Shown: positions 52,801-62,258, counted from the first letter of the stretch. The stretch is DNA of 64,000 nt from Lentisphaeria bacterium (GCA_041690595.1 JAWLHB010000005.1:186001-250000), one strand, 5' to 3'. Made by a program: numbers and translations. Notes: a model not told the origin generated them from the sequence alone.

Positions 52801-52900
52801 AGCGCGCGAGATCACCCGCTGCCAGTCGCAGCATGGCCCCGTCCTGATTTGCGATGACGATGGGGGCGCTCGCCAGTTCCAACTGCTTCTGCCTGGACAT
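49859..52900 (-). CDS. Putative glycoside hydrolase (GH67/GH20-type N-terminal domain, probable TIM barrel, C-terminal FN3/Ig-like domains)
   Basis: DQGYRI...IAGASPVGVLYGVYAFLETLGV..., PAFPVRG; FN3-like LYRR...FVD...YAVAALD...EGPRS; AGGAGA RBS before ATG 52900. Confidence 0.6.
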   Translation of the reverse strand: MSRQKQLELASAPIVIANQDGAMLRLAAGDLARYLFLLTGQESPLVGKVTKGVAIELDQDSRLSDQGYRISVKVRGNDHHLVIAGASPVGVLYGVYAFLETLGVGFYNGGDCLPDLRGPISIPEDFELAGEPAFPVRGVMLHYNFLCGVTDWGLSDYRFFFDQLSRQRMNLLLMHWYDDEPGAAYEVDGEYLAGGRTPGSLSKPWGALAALRTSEFSFGVGRCYDEEIWSSPAGDDLPDRITEIKQTEAIFRAATGYAKQRGVRVAAGFEAPNGADPTDEQVKARFRARMTQFLARNPELTYFALWQHESGGCTGSKPPAAGPAAELLEARRPHFAHCGNEYRVWEAVRFGEFGRIAAEFLENHAPHLRLVLVGWGGDRWMRFADYCLGYDKLLPPGVIFTCHENIDASLGTNVSTPWGQLPPGRERWAMPWVEGDINDCWTRQPHVESLGRLAPDALAKGCQGLLNLQWRTRDVEEENGFIARFAWDPELDPEHFYMDLAWRTFGEEHQEEMAGILATLQRLGARWTGVHGTAECSAMHWTGWQPHFPFDLNSQAVAFLVPLAEEVARVLAEIPSGDEDPQGGAFHLRAEAAARDERDVGRLGVREMTAIAEQLRRLALEREESVLRHGLWQIHEEAYALRYNLVTEGMVGSGYRAIDTFLFALHHLVRVAGHEGKMAQLKEIRQRLRSLRETFVASERIGRLERLDYLINSIDFVMHFDAVATLLADGEYVPRQVAACAKASPEQAATLAAECYERLVNAGMAGAIEAQVGKLTTRCDWGVLATLCVKPMPRYWETIGELERYLVAAPPRELRARGMQTEVWLSWELQHDVAGLILYRRPAEGGEWVRVNSKPLQPKCRMFVDRPEDGAWTYAVAALDARDREGPRSHPVTVTVGAREAGSCILACKPASQLAAGEPYQQRVVVRSDREIESVTLVYRTERDGEWWGVPMHHRFRDSYQAILPGDEMGPGLLEFYVQAEDEDGVMAWWPATAAQTPPLPWTMTVTDVDDRG

Positions 52901-52967
52901 GCGGTGTCTCCTGCTGGATTCGGTCATGGAGTTATCTGATCAACTATGGCTGCCGTCGCTCCGCTCG

Positions 52968-55900
52968 TCAACCGCCGGATGGCTGCAGGCGGAGACGGAG
53001 AGTCATCACCTTGAAGGGCGCGAAATGCAGATCGAGGCGATTGCCGGTGACGGCCACCTCCGCGAGTTCCTCTTCCAGCGCGTTGCAGAGTGAAGCACCC
53101 GCGAGGGCGAGGGCGGAGGTCATGCGGCAGATCCCGCGCGTACCGTGCGCTTCATAGAGGCGTACGATGAGATCCTTGCCGTCTTCACTTCGCTTGACAG
53201 TGTCGATAACCATGGCCGGCTGATCCACCTGCAGCCAGGAGATGCTGGCGGGCTCGGCAGCAGTGGGATGAATCGACAGGGGCATGTTGAAGCGCTGTCC
53301 GGCAGCCACGACACCGGCACTCTGGATGGAGCCCGCGTGCGGCATCAGGGCATAGCGGAAGCGGTGATGGTCGCCCATATCGGCTTCCGGATCGGGGGAT
53401 TTCGGGGAGCGCAGCAAGGAGAGTCGCATCACATTGCCGTGGGTCGCGTAGCCGTATTTGCAGTCGTTCAAGAGGGCGACGCCGAAGTCAGGCTCGCCCA
53501 GATCCGCCCAACGCTGGGCGCAGACTTCGAAGCGCGCCATGTCCCACGACTGGTTGAAGTGGGTCGGCCGACGCAGGTGGCCGAACTGCACTTCATAGGT
53601 GGCCATGTCACTGCGCACATTGATGGGGAATTCGACCTTGAGGAAGCGCCGGCTTTCATACCAGCAGACGCTGCAATCGAACTCGATCCACCGGCTCAAT
53701 GCGTCGAGTCGCACGATCTGCTTCAGGTGGCTCTGTTCGCTCAGCGCGTAGTCGAACTCGACGGCGATGCGCAGATCGTTCTGTTCGACGATCCGGCAAC
53801 TGGCAGCGGTCGGCATCTCCTGACGCTGCTCCAGATGGAAGACATCGACATCCCATGCTTCCCAGCGATTCGGCTGGTCGTTGTAGAAGACCAACTGGTT
53901 GGCAGTCCTGCCCGGTTCGATGGCTTCCCGGCCCTCCGGCAGCAGGATCAGGCTGGTCAGGCCCCCATCCCGTCGAATGGTGGCCCGCAGGTTGGCATTT
54001 TCGAGGACAAAGCCGTCGGCGGTTTCACGGAGGGAGACGGGTCGTTCGACGTTGCGGTGGGGCTGCTGAATCGCGTAGCCGATCGAGGGTGCCTGGACGA
54101 CCGCGGGAGCGTCACCGATGGTCACCACCTCGCGCCGAGCCATGCCCAGGGAGTTGAAGACGGCGACCCGACCGGCATCCTCGCCCTCCGGCGCCAGCGC
54201 ACCGAGCGATTCACGCAGCATCTGGCGTGAACGATTCTCGACATGCTGGTAATCTTCGGTGGAATCGCGATAGACTTCCGTGATGGAGGAGCCGGGCAGA
54301 ATGTCGTGGAACTGGTTGAAGAGAACGAGCTTCCACGCTTCGTCGAGTCCCTCACGGGGATACTCCGCGCCGTTGGTGATGGCATTGAAGGCGGAGAATA
54401 GCTCCGCGTCATGCAGTAGGTTTTCGCAGAGGCGGTTGTACCGCTTATTCAGCGCGTGGGTGGTGTAGGTGCCGCGGTGCAGCTCGAAGTAGAGCTCGCC
54501 GACCCAGACGAGGGGGTTCTTGATGTCTGCCGCGCAGCGCTCGAAGAAGCTCTCCGGATCGCGGATCTGAACCCGGGGCAGCCCTTCCAGATCGTTCATT
54601 CGGCGGATGCGCTCCAGCATCTCGGGGGTCGGACCGCCCCCGCCGTCGCCATAGCCGAAGAGCATGTAACTCTCGTTTGCCCGTTCGAGATCCTTGAAGT
54701 TGGTGACGTTGTGGACGACCTGTTCCACCGTCGCGACCGCATTGTAGGTATCGGCGGGCGGGAAGTGGGTGAGGACCTGGGAGCCATCGATCCCCTCCCA
54801 GAGGAAGGTGTGGCTCGGCAGCTTGTTGAACTGGTTCCACGACAGTTTCTGCGTCAGGAAGTAGTCGATGCCGCAGCTTCGCATGATCTGTGGCAACTGA
54901 CCGGAGTAGCCAAAGACGTCCGGGTTCCAGAAAACGCGGCAGCGCTTGCCGAACTCGCGCTCGAAGAGGCTCTGTCCATAGAGGAACTGACGCACCAGGG
55001 ATTCACCGTTGGGGATGTTGCAGTCCGGCTCTACCCAGCTGCCGCCGGTCGGCACGATCTGGCCGGCCTCGACCTTCGCGCACAGCTCCTTCCACAGCTC
55101 CGGCTGTTCCTCCTTCATCCATTCATACTGCGCTGCCTGCGGCCAGGCGAATTTGTACTCCGGGTAATCATCGGCATATCGGCAGACGGTGGCGAAGGTG
55201 CGGTAGCATTTGCGTTTGGTCTCGGCTCGCGGCCAGAGCCACGCGCTGTCGATGTGGGCATGGCCGACGGCCGAGAGGTTGTGCTGGTTGGCCCCATTGG
55301 TGGAGGAGAGGAACTCCTGGGCGATGCGCCTCGCCTGGCTCCAGGTCTTGCGGTCTGCCAGATCACAGACATTGATAATCTGGTTGGCGGCATAGAGCGC
55401 CTGCCCCGCGCGCGGGTTTCCGGCCGGCAGATGCTGCGCCATCTCGGAGATGACTTTGTAGTCGCAGAGCAGATCCCAGGCTTCGCGCTCGAAGGTGGCG
55501 ATCTCCGCCCGCCGCACCAGCCCGGTGAGATCGGCGGTGGAGGCGCTGCCCATGATGCCGAAGAGGTGATTGCAGGCGACCTCGATGTAGAGGGTCAGTT
55601 CCTGACCGCCGGTGGCCGAACGGGAGAGGATGTATTCCGGACGAATGGGGGGCTCGTTGCCATGCGCATGTGCGCCCTGGCTGCCCGTCAGCCCCTGCCG
55701 CGGCACGCCATCTTGCCAGACGCATGCTTCCGAGGTGCTGTCCCAGAGGAGGTGCACTTCACGGCCATTCCAAACTTCGGGTATCTCGATCTCCACCCGC
55801 ACCCAGTGGGTTGCCCAGAGCGGTCCCAGCTTCGCACCGACTTCCAGCGGCTCGTACTTGCCGCTCATCGCTTCCTGATGGCTGATCCGTCCCGGGGCCG

Positions 55901-56012
55901 CATAAACTGCCAGTTTTACGGGGGAACGCGCGGAATAGAGGCGTCCCCGCAACTTGTCAGCAGCACCAAACGCCTGTAGTCTTTCTTTGGTCAGATCAAG
56001 ATGTTTCAGCAT
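52968..56012 (-). CDS. Alpha-mannosidase, GH38 (cytosolic type)
   Basis: GHAHIDSAWLWP, WNPDVFGYS, GYGDGGGGP, ELYFELHRGTYT, NQFHDILPGSSI. Confidence 0.95.
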   Translation of the reverse strand: MLKHLDLTKERLQAFGAADKLRGRLYSARSPVKLAVYAAPGRISHQEAMSGKYEPLEVGAKLGPLWATHWVRVEIEIPEVWNGREVHLLWDSTSEACVWQDGVPRQGLTGSQGAHAHGNEPPIRPEYILSRSATGGQELTLYIEVACNHLFGIMGSASTADLTGLVRRAEIATFEREAWDLLCDYKVISEMAQHLPAGNPRAGQALYAANQIINVCDLADRKTWSQARRIAQEFLSSTNGANQHNLSAVGHAHIDSAWLWPRAETKRKCYRTFATVCRYADDYPEYKFAWPQAAQYEWMKEEQPELWKELCAKVEAGQIVPTGGSWVEPDCNIPNGESLVRQFLYGQSLFEREFGKRCRVFWNPDVFGYSGQLPQIMRSCGIDYFLTQKLSWNQFNKLPSHTFLWEGIDGSQVLTHFPPADTYNAVATVEQVVHNVTNFKDLERANESYMLFGYGDGGGGPTPEMLERIRRMNDLEGLPRVQIRDPESFFERCAADIKNPLVWVGELYFELHRGTYTTHALNKRYNRLCENLLHDAELFSAFNAITNGAEYPREGLDEAWKLVLFNQFHDILPGSSITEVYRDSTEDYQHVENRSRQMLRESLGALAPEGEDAGRVAVFNSLGMARREVVTIGDAPAVVQAPSIGYAIQQPHRNVERPVSLRETADGFVLENANLRATIRRDGGLTSLILLPEGREAIEPGRTANQLVFYNDQPNRWEAWDVDVFHLEQRQEMPTAASCRIVEQNDLRIAVEFDYALSEQSHLKQIVRLDALSRWIEFDCSVCWYESRRFLKVEFPINVRSDMATYEVQFGHLRRPTHFNQSWDMARFEVCAQRWADLGEPDFGVALLNDCKYGYATHGNVMRLSLLRSPKSPDPEADMGDHHRFRYALMPHAGSIQSAGVVAAGQRFNMPLSIHPTAAEPASISWLQVDQPAMVIDTVKRSEDGKDLIVRLYEAHGTRGICRMTSALALAGASLCNALEEELAEVAVTGNRLDLHFAPFKVMTLRLRLQPSGG

Positions 56013-56228
56013 ATCGGGAATACTCGCTTCTGGAAGTAGTGCTAAGAGGAACCGGCGCCGGGCTGGAGGGAATCGAGCGCCCATGGAAGTGGAAGTCGGT
56101 TAATTTAACGATCTCCGCCTGTTTAACCAGCCCCACGGCAAGGAATCATCAACCGCACCATTGTGCTGGACGCTCCAGCCTAACCGTCAACTCCCGGGCG
56201 CGCCGGGCGATCACCGCGCCACCCCAAC

Positions 56229-56933
56229 ATGATCCTGTTAGCGACGCTGCTCATTGTGTCAACTGCCCTTGCCGGCGCCTTCGCCGGTATCCTCTTTCCG
56301 CAGACCATGCTCCTGCGTGGCGCCCTCTTCGGTGGAATCCTCGGGGCGGTCCTGCTGGTTCTCGCCTGCTGGTCGCGTCAGCGTCTGGACGCAGGCAAGG
56401 GGCCGTCCCTTGCGCGGCTGATCGGGGTCGCCGCCGGCGGTGGGCTTGTGGCGGGGCTCTTCCTTCTCCTGCCGGCCCCGGCCACGTCGGGCACCGCCAT
56501 CACCCTGCATCCGCCGGTGGAGGTTGGATGGCTGGCCACGATCCTGCTTGCCATGGGGTATTCTCTCGCCTTTCACCTGGTCTATGCGTTGCGCTGGCGG
56601 GCGCCGCTGGTTGGTCGTACCCTCCCATTGCTCCTGGCCGTCGTGGGGATGGTTGTCGCCGCCATCCGCCACCTGCTGGTGAACGGCTTCGGCGACCCGG
56701 AAAGCACCCTCTTCTTTGCGTTGGTGACGGGGGTGCCCTTCGGGATCGCCTGGGGAACCGCCGTCGCATGGTTCGACCCGGCCTTCAGCATCTCCAGGTG
56801 GCGCCGCGTCCGCAAAGGGGGGGTAACCGCAAAGAACGCAGAGAGCGCAAAGAGGGGGCAAGGGTCGGACGAGTCGGACAAGTCGGACGAGTCGGACGGC
56901 AGAAGGAGGGCCGTTGGGGACACCCCTGCGTAA
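56229..56933 (+). CDS. Hypothetical membrane protein
   Basis: About 6 TM segments; the C-terminal tail is encoded by 9-bp repeats. Confidence 0.6.
   Translation: MILLATLLIVSTALAGAFAGILFPQTMLLRGALFGGILGAVLLVLACWSRQRLDAGKGPSLARLIGVAAGGGLVAGLFLLLPAPATSGTAITLHPPVEVGWLATILLAMGYSLAFHLVYALRWRAPLVGRTLPLLLAVVGMVVAAIRHLLVNGFGDPESTLFFALVTGVPFGIAWGTAVAWFDPAFSISRWRRVRKGGVTAKNAESAKRGQGSDESDKSDESDGRRRAVGDTPA
56828..56899 (+). repeat. Two adjacent 9-bp-period repeats
   Basis: CGCAAAGAA/CGCAGAGAG/CGCAAAGAG (56828-56854) and GTCGGACNN x4 (56864-56899). Confidence 0.85.
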
Positions 56934-56937
56934 GGGA

Positions 56938-57702
56938 CTAACGGGGCAGCGTGTACTTGGAGGGTCTGGCCGTGATCATGGCATCCAGGCGGCTCTGCCA
57001 GGCGGTCGGATTGCCGGGAGAGGCGTAGCCCTCGACCAAGGCGCGGCGTTCCTCGTCGCTGGTGGCAGCGAGGAGCCGCTCGTAGAGGTGATGCAGGTTT
57101 TCCAGTGCAGCTTCCGTGCTCACCGCGGCGGCAAAGCCGGCATCTTCGTAATCGAGCAGCAGGAATTCGGGCGCCTCCGCCGGGCCGTCGATGCGGGTGA
57201 GCAGGTTGCGTGCGGAAAGGTCGCGGTGGGTGACACCCGCCTTATGCATGCCGCGCACGAAGCCGCCCAGCCGTCGCAGCAGCTCTGACCTCCCGCCATT
57301 TCGCTCCAGTCGTACATCCACCCGCTCGTATCCATCCGCCAGCTCGGTAACGAGGAGCCCCGTTCCCCGGCGAGCGGCGGCAAAGCCGACGATACGCGGG
57401 CATGGAATCCCCCGGCGGGTCAACTCCAAACCCTTGTTGTAGGCGCGCCTGGCCTTGGAAAAACCCAAAAGATCGCGCAGTCGCGCCTTCAGCCGCCGGT
57501 CGTAGTAGAGCTTGGCGCAGTAGCGCTGGTCGTCCACGACCAGGGCCACGACTCCGGCCGAACCGCCAAAGCTGATCTCCCACATTGCGGCCGAATCCTG
57601 CAGGTCCCAGTTGCTGCCACGCCCGTCGTAGACGCCAAAGACCAGCGTCGCGACCTGCTTCACTACGTTCACATCCGGCGGATTGGCGGCGAGAATCTTC
57701 AT
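56938..57702 (-). CDS. Lipopolysaccharide kinase, Kdo/WaaP family
   Basis: HRDLSARNLL catalytic loop, LLDYE; overlaps the waaP stop. Confidence 0.8.
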   Translation of the reverse strand: MKILAANPPDVNVVKQVATLVFGVYDGRGSNWDLQDSAAMWEISFGGSAGVVALVVDDQRYCAKLYYDRRLKARLRDLLGFSKARRAYNKGLELTRRGIPCPRIVGFAAARRGTGLLVTELADGYERVDVRLERNGGRSELLRRLGGFVRGMHKAGVTHRDLSARNLLTRIDGPAEAPEFLLLDYEDAGFAAAVSTEAALENLHHLYERLLAATSDEERRALVEGYASPGNPTAWQSRLDAMITARPSKYTLPR

Positions 57703-58508
57703 CCTCTGGGCTTCCGTTGTTCTCTGGCATGCAGACGCTGCGCCGCGCGTTTCACGCGCAGCCAGAAGGAGCCATCGGCGCGCAGCGTCTCACGCAGGGA
57801 GCTGCCGGAGTAGAGACGCATAAAACGGAAAAGATCGCGTTGTGTCAAGCCGATGTCCATGGCCGAAAAATAGAGGCCGGCCACGTCCTTGACGCGCCAG
57901 CGCATCGGCAAGCGGGCTCGCAGCTGCGCACGGTGCAGGTCGATCAGCCAGAGGCGGATCTTCTCCGGGTCGACGTTGTCGCGTCCGCCGCTGATGTCCA
58001 GCAGGAAATGGCAGATGTAAAAGTCGCGGTGGTTCACACCGTGGGAGTGCAGGGTACGACTCATCCGTGCCACCTCCGCAATCAGAGCGCGCTTGAGCGG
58101 AACGGGCGGCGGCCGATGGGGCCACTCCCGGCAGAACGACTCGAGATCTTCCGTCTCCGTCAACTCTCTGGTGACGATGAACGACTCGCGTCCGGCGGGA
58201 TTGGCGCCACGCTCACCGAAGGCGGCGACCGTCATGGTCGGGACGCCAAGTGCCTCCAGTCGGCGAATAGCCGCATATTCGTTTGCGGCGCCAAGGATGG
58301 GCTTCTTGAGCATGAGGAGGTTCTTGACGATCTCCGACCAGCCGACGCCGCCATGTATCTTGGCGAAGTAGCTCTTCCCGTCCAGCTCGAAGCGCAACGT
58401 GCGTCGCGCCTTGACGTGGCGAAAGGTCTGGCCGTCGAGCGCTCGTGCGGCGGCAAATGGGTCGCGGCCGGCCCAGGCTTTGTTGAAGGTATCGTCGAGA
58501 ACTACCAT
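57699..58508 (-). CDS. waaP: LPS core heptose(I) kinase
   Basis: RRTLRFE...YFAKIH.GVGW.EI.KNL, NHRDFYICHFLL, LIDLHRAQ, KDVAGLYFS. Confidence 0.93.
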   Translation of the reverse strand: MVVLDDTFNKAWAGRDPFAAARALDGQTFRHVKARRTLRFELDGKSYFAKIHGGVGWSEIVKNLLMLKKPILGAANEYAAIRRLEALGVPTMTVAAFGERGANPAGRESFIVTRELTETEDLESFCREWPHRPPPVPLKRALIAEVARMSRTLHSHGVNHRDFYICHFLLDISGGRDNVDPEKIRLWLIDLHRAQLRARLPMRWRVKDVAGLYFSAMDIGLTQRDLFRFMRLYSGSSLRETLRADGSFWLRVKRAAQRLHAREQRKPRG

Positions 58509-59620
58509 TGGGGCCACTCCATGATGGCTTGGGCGGCGACGGTATCGAGGCCACCAAGCCGTTGGGGGCTGCTGTAGTCGCGGGCCTGTGCGGCGAGCTT
58601 GTGCAGTTCGCCTTCGGCAAGCAGCTCACGGAGACGCCGGTTCAACTCCTCCTGTGAAAAGGGTTCCTCCAGAACGATGCCGGCCCCTGATGCTTCCACG
58701 TGGCACGCATAGCCGCACTCGCCGCTGCAGAGCACCGGCAGGCCTGTGGCCAGGCTCTCTACCAGTGCCATCCCGGCCGCTTCCGTCCGCGCGGGGTGGA
58801 TCAGCAGATCGGCCGCCTGCATGTACCGTTTCACGTCATCGCGTGCACCGAGGAAGCGCACCTGCGCCCCCACCCACAGCCTGCCAGCCAGGCGCCCATA
58901 GGCGTCCGCCTCCCCCCGCCCGACCACTGCCAGTTTCACCGCCTGGCGCAGCGTCTCGGGCAATGCCGCGAGCGCCCGGATCGCCCGATCCACCCCCTTC
59001 GTCCGAAAGGCCGACCCGACCATCAGCAGGAGGACCTGTCCCTCTTCCAGGCCTAGCTCGTGGCGGATCTGGCGGCGATGGAGGGCGGCATCCGCGGGGT
59101 CGAAGAAGGGGGCCGCGACCCCGGGTGGCAGCATGCGGAGCCGCTGATCGGGCGTTCCGTGGAACTGCTGAAACTCTCTCTTCTGACGGGGCGTCAGCAG
59201 CAGGATGCGGCTCTTGCCATCGCCGAAAACAGCGCGTTCATGAGCAAGAAAAAGCTGGGTTCTGGGCAGCATCCGGGAGAGCAGGCTCCGCCGCGCCATC
59301 TTGGCGGCAAAGCAGGTATCACCGGCGAAATAGATATCCAGCCCCGGCATCGCATTGAAGCCGACCAGGCAATCCACCGGCTCGGTGAGAAGCGCGTCCG
59401 CCACCTGCTCGGCGAAATGCCTGGCCCGGGCATGATTCGAGAAGCCGCGACGCTTGAGAAGCCGCAGTTCCCACCCCTCCGGCAGATCGCCTTCCCACCG
59501 CATAGTGTAGACGCGAATGCGCGCCCCGGCCGCCTCGCATCGACGCGCGATGCGCAGAAAGTCACGCTGGAGCCCGCCATAGGGAAAGTAGTTGTACAAA
59601 CAAAATGCCAGGCGCTTCAT
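58502..59620 (-). CDS. waaG: LPS core glucosyltransferase (GT4)
   Basis: LAFCLYNYFPYGGLQRDF, VGSAFRTKG, HPARTEAAG; start trimmed to ATG 59620. Confidence 0.92.
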   Translation of the reverse strand: MKRLAFCLYNYFPYGGLQRDFLRIARRCEAAGARIRVYTMRWEGDLPEGWELRLLKRRGFSNHARARHFAEQVADALLTEPVDCLVGFNAMPGLDIYFAGDTCFAAKMARRSLLSRMLPRTQLFLAHERAVFGDGKSRILLLTPRQKREFQQFHGTPDQRLRMLPPGVAAPFFDPADAALHRRQIRHELGLEEGQVLLLMVGSAFRTKGVDRAIRALAALPETLRQAVKLAVVGRGEADAYGRLAGRLWVGAQVRFLGARDDVKRYMQAADLLIHPARTEAAGMALVESLATGLPVLCSGECGYACHVEASGAGIVLEEPFSQEELNRRLRELLAEGELHKLAAQARDYSSPQRLGGLDTVAAQAIMEWPQW

Positions 59621-59871
59621 CCGGTGTCTCCCGCGGGTAGCCTCCACAATAGTCCATCTCATCCCGGATTCAACAGCTTTGGGTAGGTGGTCGAAGGAGG
59701 TCCTGCTGCCATGTCGGAGGTTTCGCGCTCTATGCGGAGTCGCGGCGCGGACGAAACGGACGAAACACGGACGCGCGCACGGACGGAACGCGGACGCGCA
59801 TGTGAGGAGGTCGGAGGGGGTGGGAGCGAGGTGAGCCGTACTGGTTATTCCGAGAGCTTCCTGGGACGAGG

Positions 59872-59916
59872 GAATCGAAGGAATCGAGAGAATCGATAGA
59901 ATCGATAGAATCGAAT
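59872..59916 (+). repeat. 9-bp tandem repeat x5
   Basis: GAATCGAAG GAATCGAGA GAATCGATA GAATCGATA GAATCGAAT. Confidence 0.9.
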
Positions 59917-60178
59917 TGTTGAGAGGGCGACAGTTGACTCTGCTTGCGAAGGTTGGGGAGGAAGTGAGCGGGAGGGTCACCCTGGCGCGGTCGTTGACCG
60001 CAACCAATGGGTTCTCGAGTCTGAAGGACCGACGCCTCATGAGCCTGATATTGAGGCTAATTTGGCTGAAGAACATGAAGATTGGGGATGCGCCGCTCTG
60101 AGAGCGGCTCCAGTTGGGGACAACGGGCGGAACCGGACGGTTGAGGAGGCAATGGGGATGTGAGGAGAGCCAGGCGTC

Positions 60179-60411
60179 GGGGAGTGGCAACGTCCAACGC
60201 CGGTGCCACTCAGGCGAGTGGCGTGCCCAGGGTGCGCGGGAGGAAAGATGGAGGTTGGGGAGTGGCAACGTCCAACGCCGGAGCCACTCAGGCGAGTGGC
60301 GTGCCCAGGGTGCGCGGGAGGAAAGATGGAGGTTGGGGAGTGGCAGCGTCCAACGCCGGGGTCCGTCGGTGGACGGACGTAGCCGCCCTTCAGGCGAGTG
60401 GTGTGCCCAGG
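60179..60411 (+). repeat. 78-bp tandem repeat (about 2.3 copies plus a degenerate tail) carrying a REP-like hairpin
   Basis: Units start at 60179, 60257 and 60335; each full unit has GCCACTC-AGGC-GAGTGGC-GTGCCCAGG. Confidence 0.9.
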
Positions 60412-60448
60412 ATGAAGCTCAACTCAAGCAACACGAGGGCGAAATAGC

Positions 60449-60477
60449 TTGCAGAGCAAGCCCGGCAAATGTATACT
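60449..60477 (+). promoter_or_regulatory. Sigma-70-type promoter of the second prepilin-type gene
   Basis: TTGCAG-N17-TATACT; GGAGG RBS downstream. Confidence 0.6.
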
Positions 60478-60526
60478 TTCATATAGCCGCAAGCCATATA
60501 ACCATTCACCGAGGGGGAGGCTGATC

Positions 60527-61312
60527 ATGAATTCCCGCACCGATTTCGCCCGTCGCTTGTTTACGCTGATCGAGTTGCTGGTCGTCGTCTCGATTATTGC
60601 CATTCTCGCCAGCATGCTGCTGCCCGCGCTCTCCCGGGCACGAGACAAAGCCACGCAGACGGCCTGCTCCAACAACTTGAAGCAGATCGGCAATGCCCAG
60701 GGGCTGTATGCATCGGATATGGACGATTTCTTTGCGTTTGGCCAATACAGCATGTGGTGCGTCTTCCTGATGGACCATGGCTATCTGCCTGGCGATACCG
60801 TGGCCGCGGTTTCGCCGCTGGAGCCGGCGCGCTGGCATACCTACAGCGGCAACACCATCATCGCCAACACCGCCAACGCGGTCTGGTGTCCGGGAGCACG
60901 GCGGGACCATCCGGCCTACAGCAGTCTTGGCGGCATTTACAGCGGCTGGGAACAGATGTGGTTCGGCAACTTGCGCTGGGGTCGATCCACCTACGCGATG
61001 AATGCCGTCTGGAATCTGGGAACCGGCGACAAGACTCAGTCTTACGCGAATGGCGTCAAAGATTTCGGCAATACGCCCCGCGTGCACCGTCCCCTTCGCC
61101 TCGGCGGAGTCTACAAGCCCTCCGATCGGTTCATGATGGCAGATGGCGAGAAGATCGGCGGCTACATCGACGGCAACGCCAACTGGTTCTTCGACTTCCA
61201 CGCGGGTGCCGTCAACATGCTCTTCGGTGACTTTCACGTCGGCAGCATGAATATCGGCACCATCGCCAGGACCGACTGGAACAGCAGCATCTTCCCCTAC
61301 GCCGCGCCCTGA
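60527..61312 (+). CDS. Prepilin-type N-terminal cleavage/methylation protein (DUF1559-like)
   Basis: [57 protein letters not shown]. Confidence 0.92.
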   Translation: MNSRTDFARRLFTLIELLVVVSIIAILASMLLPALSRARDKATQTACSNNLKQIGNAQGLYASDMDDFFAFGQYSMWCVFLMDHGYLPGDTVAAVSPLEPARWHTYSGNTIIANTANAVWCPGARRDHPAYSSLGGIYSGWEQMWFGNLRWGRSTYAMNAVWNLGTGDKTQSYANGVKDFGNTPRVHRPLRLGGVYKPSDRFMMADGEKIGGYIDGNANWFFDFHAGAVNMLFGDFHVGSMNIGTIARTDWNSSIFPYAAP

Positions 61313-61498
61313 GTCGCTGCCCGGTTCGGCGGATACACGGACAGACACGGACCGACAACGGAACGCGCACGCGAAGAAGTTGGCGGGATCGGGGGAACGG
61401 AGGCGAGCCTGCTGGTGATTCCGACAGGATTTGCAGGATCAACAGGATGGTTGAACATGGATCTGCTTCCTTTTGGTGGGTGGCGAGTGACGTATACG

Positions 61499-61756
61499 AT
61501 GTCGAGGCCGCTTACAGCTTTACTGAAGAAGCTCCTCTTGATTTTTCTCGGTCCTGTCTTGTTGCTTGCGCTTGTCGTGGTGGAGGCGAGGGAGATGCTA
61601 TCCTGGGGTATTGGCGGGCTGCTTGCGATCCCGATACTGCTGTATCTTGCCGCCGCGTTGGCGTTCATTCTGGTGAGAAGGATAGAAACGCCTAAGCCTG
61701 TTCGGAGGGAAGAGCAGATGAAGAGTGCCGGAGTCGATCATGAAGGCAAGGTCTGA
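61499..61756 (+). CDS. Small hypothetical membrane protein
   Basis: Two hydrophobic segments and a charged tail; start uncertain. Confidence 0.4.
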   Translation: MSRPLTALLKKLLLIFLGPVLLLALVVVEAREMLSWGIGGLLAIPILLYLAAALAFILVRRIETPKPVRREEQMKSAGVDHEGKV

Positions 61757-62258
61757 TGGCTCTGGCTGAGGTGCGGCGGATGCACGGACGGAACACGGAC
61801 GCGCACGTGAGGGGGGGGAGCGAAGTTGTTGGGAGGGCGAGCGTTGGCTCTGCTTGCGACGGGTGGGGAGACAGAGAGCGGGGGGCACCATGAAGAACAT
61901 GAAGCGCATGAAGGCGGCGGAGCCGCACAGGCACGTCGGATGGGACCGGGGGCGAGACGTGAACATTACGTGACACGACTTGACTTTTGAGTTATATGTA
62001 GTATGTTTTGAATCGAATAGGGGGACGCTTTATTGGTGCGACGGGGGTGCAGTGGGATAAGGCGAGTGCAATGGACGGATGTGGAGTCAAATCGGCGGGG
62101 ACAACGGGACGGAGTGTCGGGGGACGGACGTTCCGAGGTTTTGGGGTGGTGGCAATGCGAAGGAGGCCGGGCTCAAATCTACCACAAAGAGCGCAAAGAT
62201 CGCAGAGAAGGAGAAAGTGGTGGTTGCAGGTTTGGACCGAGGAATGGACCGAGGTTTT

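Noticed and set aside
59621..60268. 215-aa N-terminal extension of WaaG in the ORF track
   Set aside because: It is translated intergenic repeat (SILSILSI); WaaG similarity begins at ATG 59620
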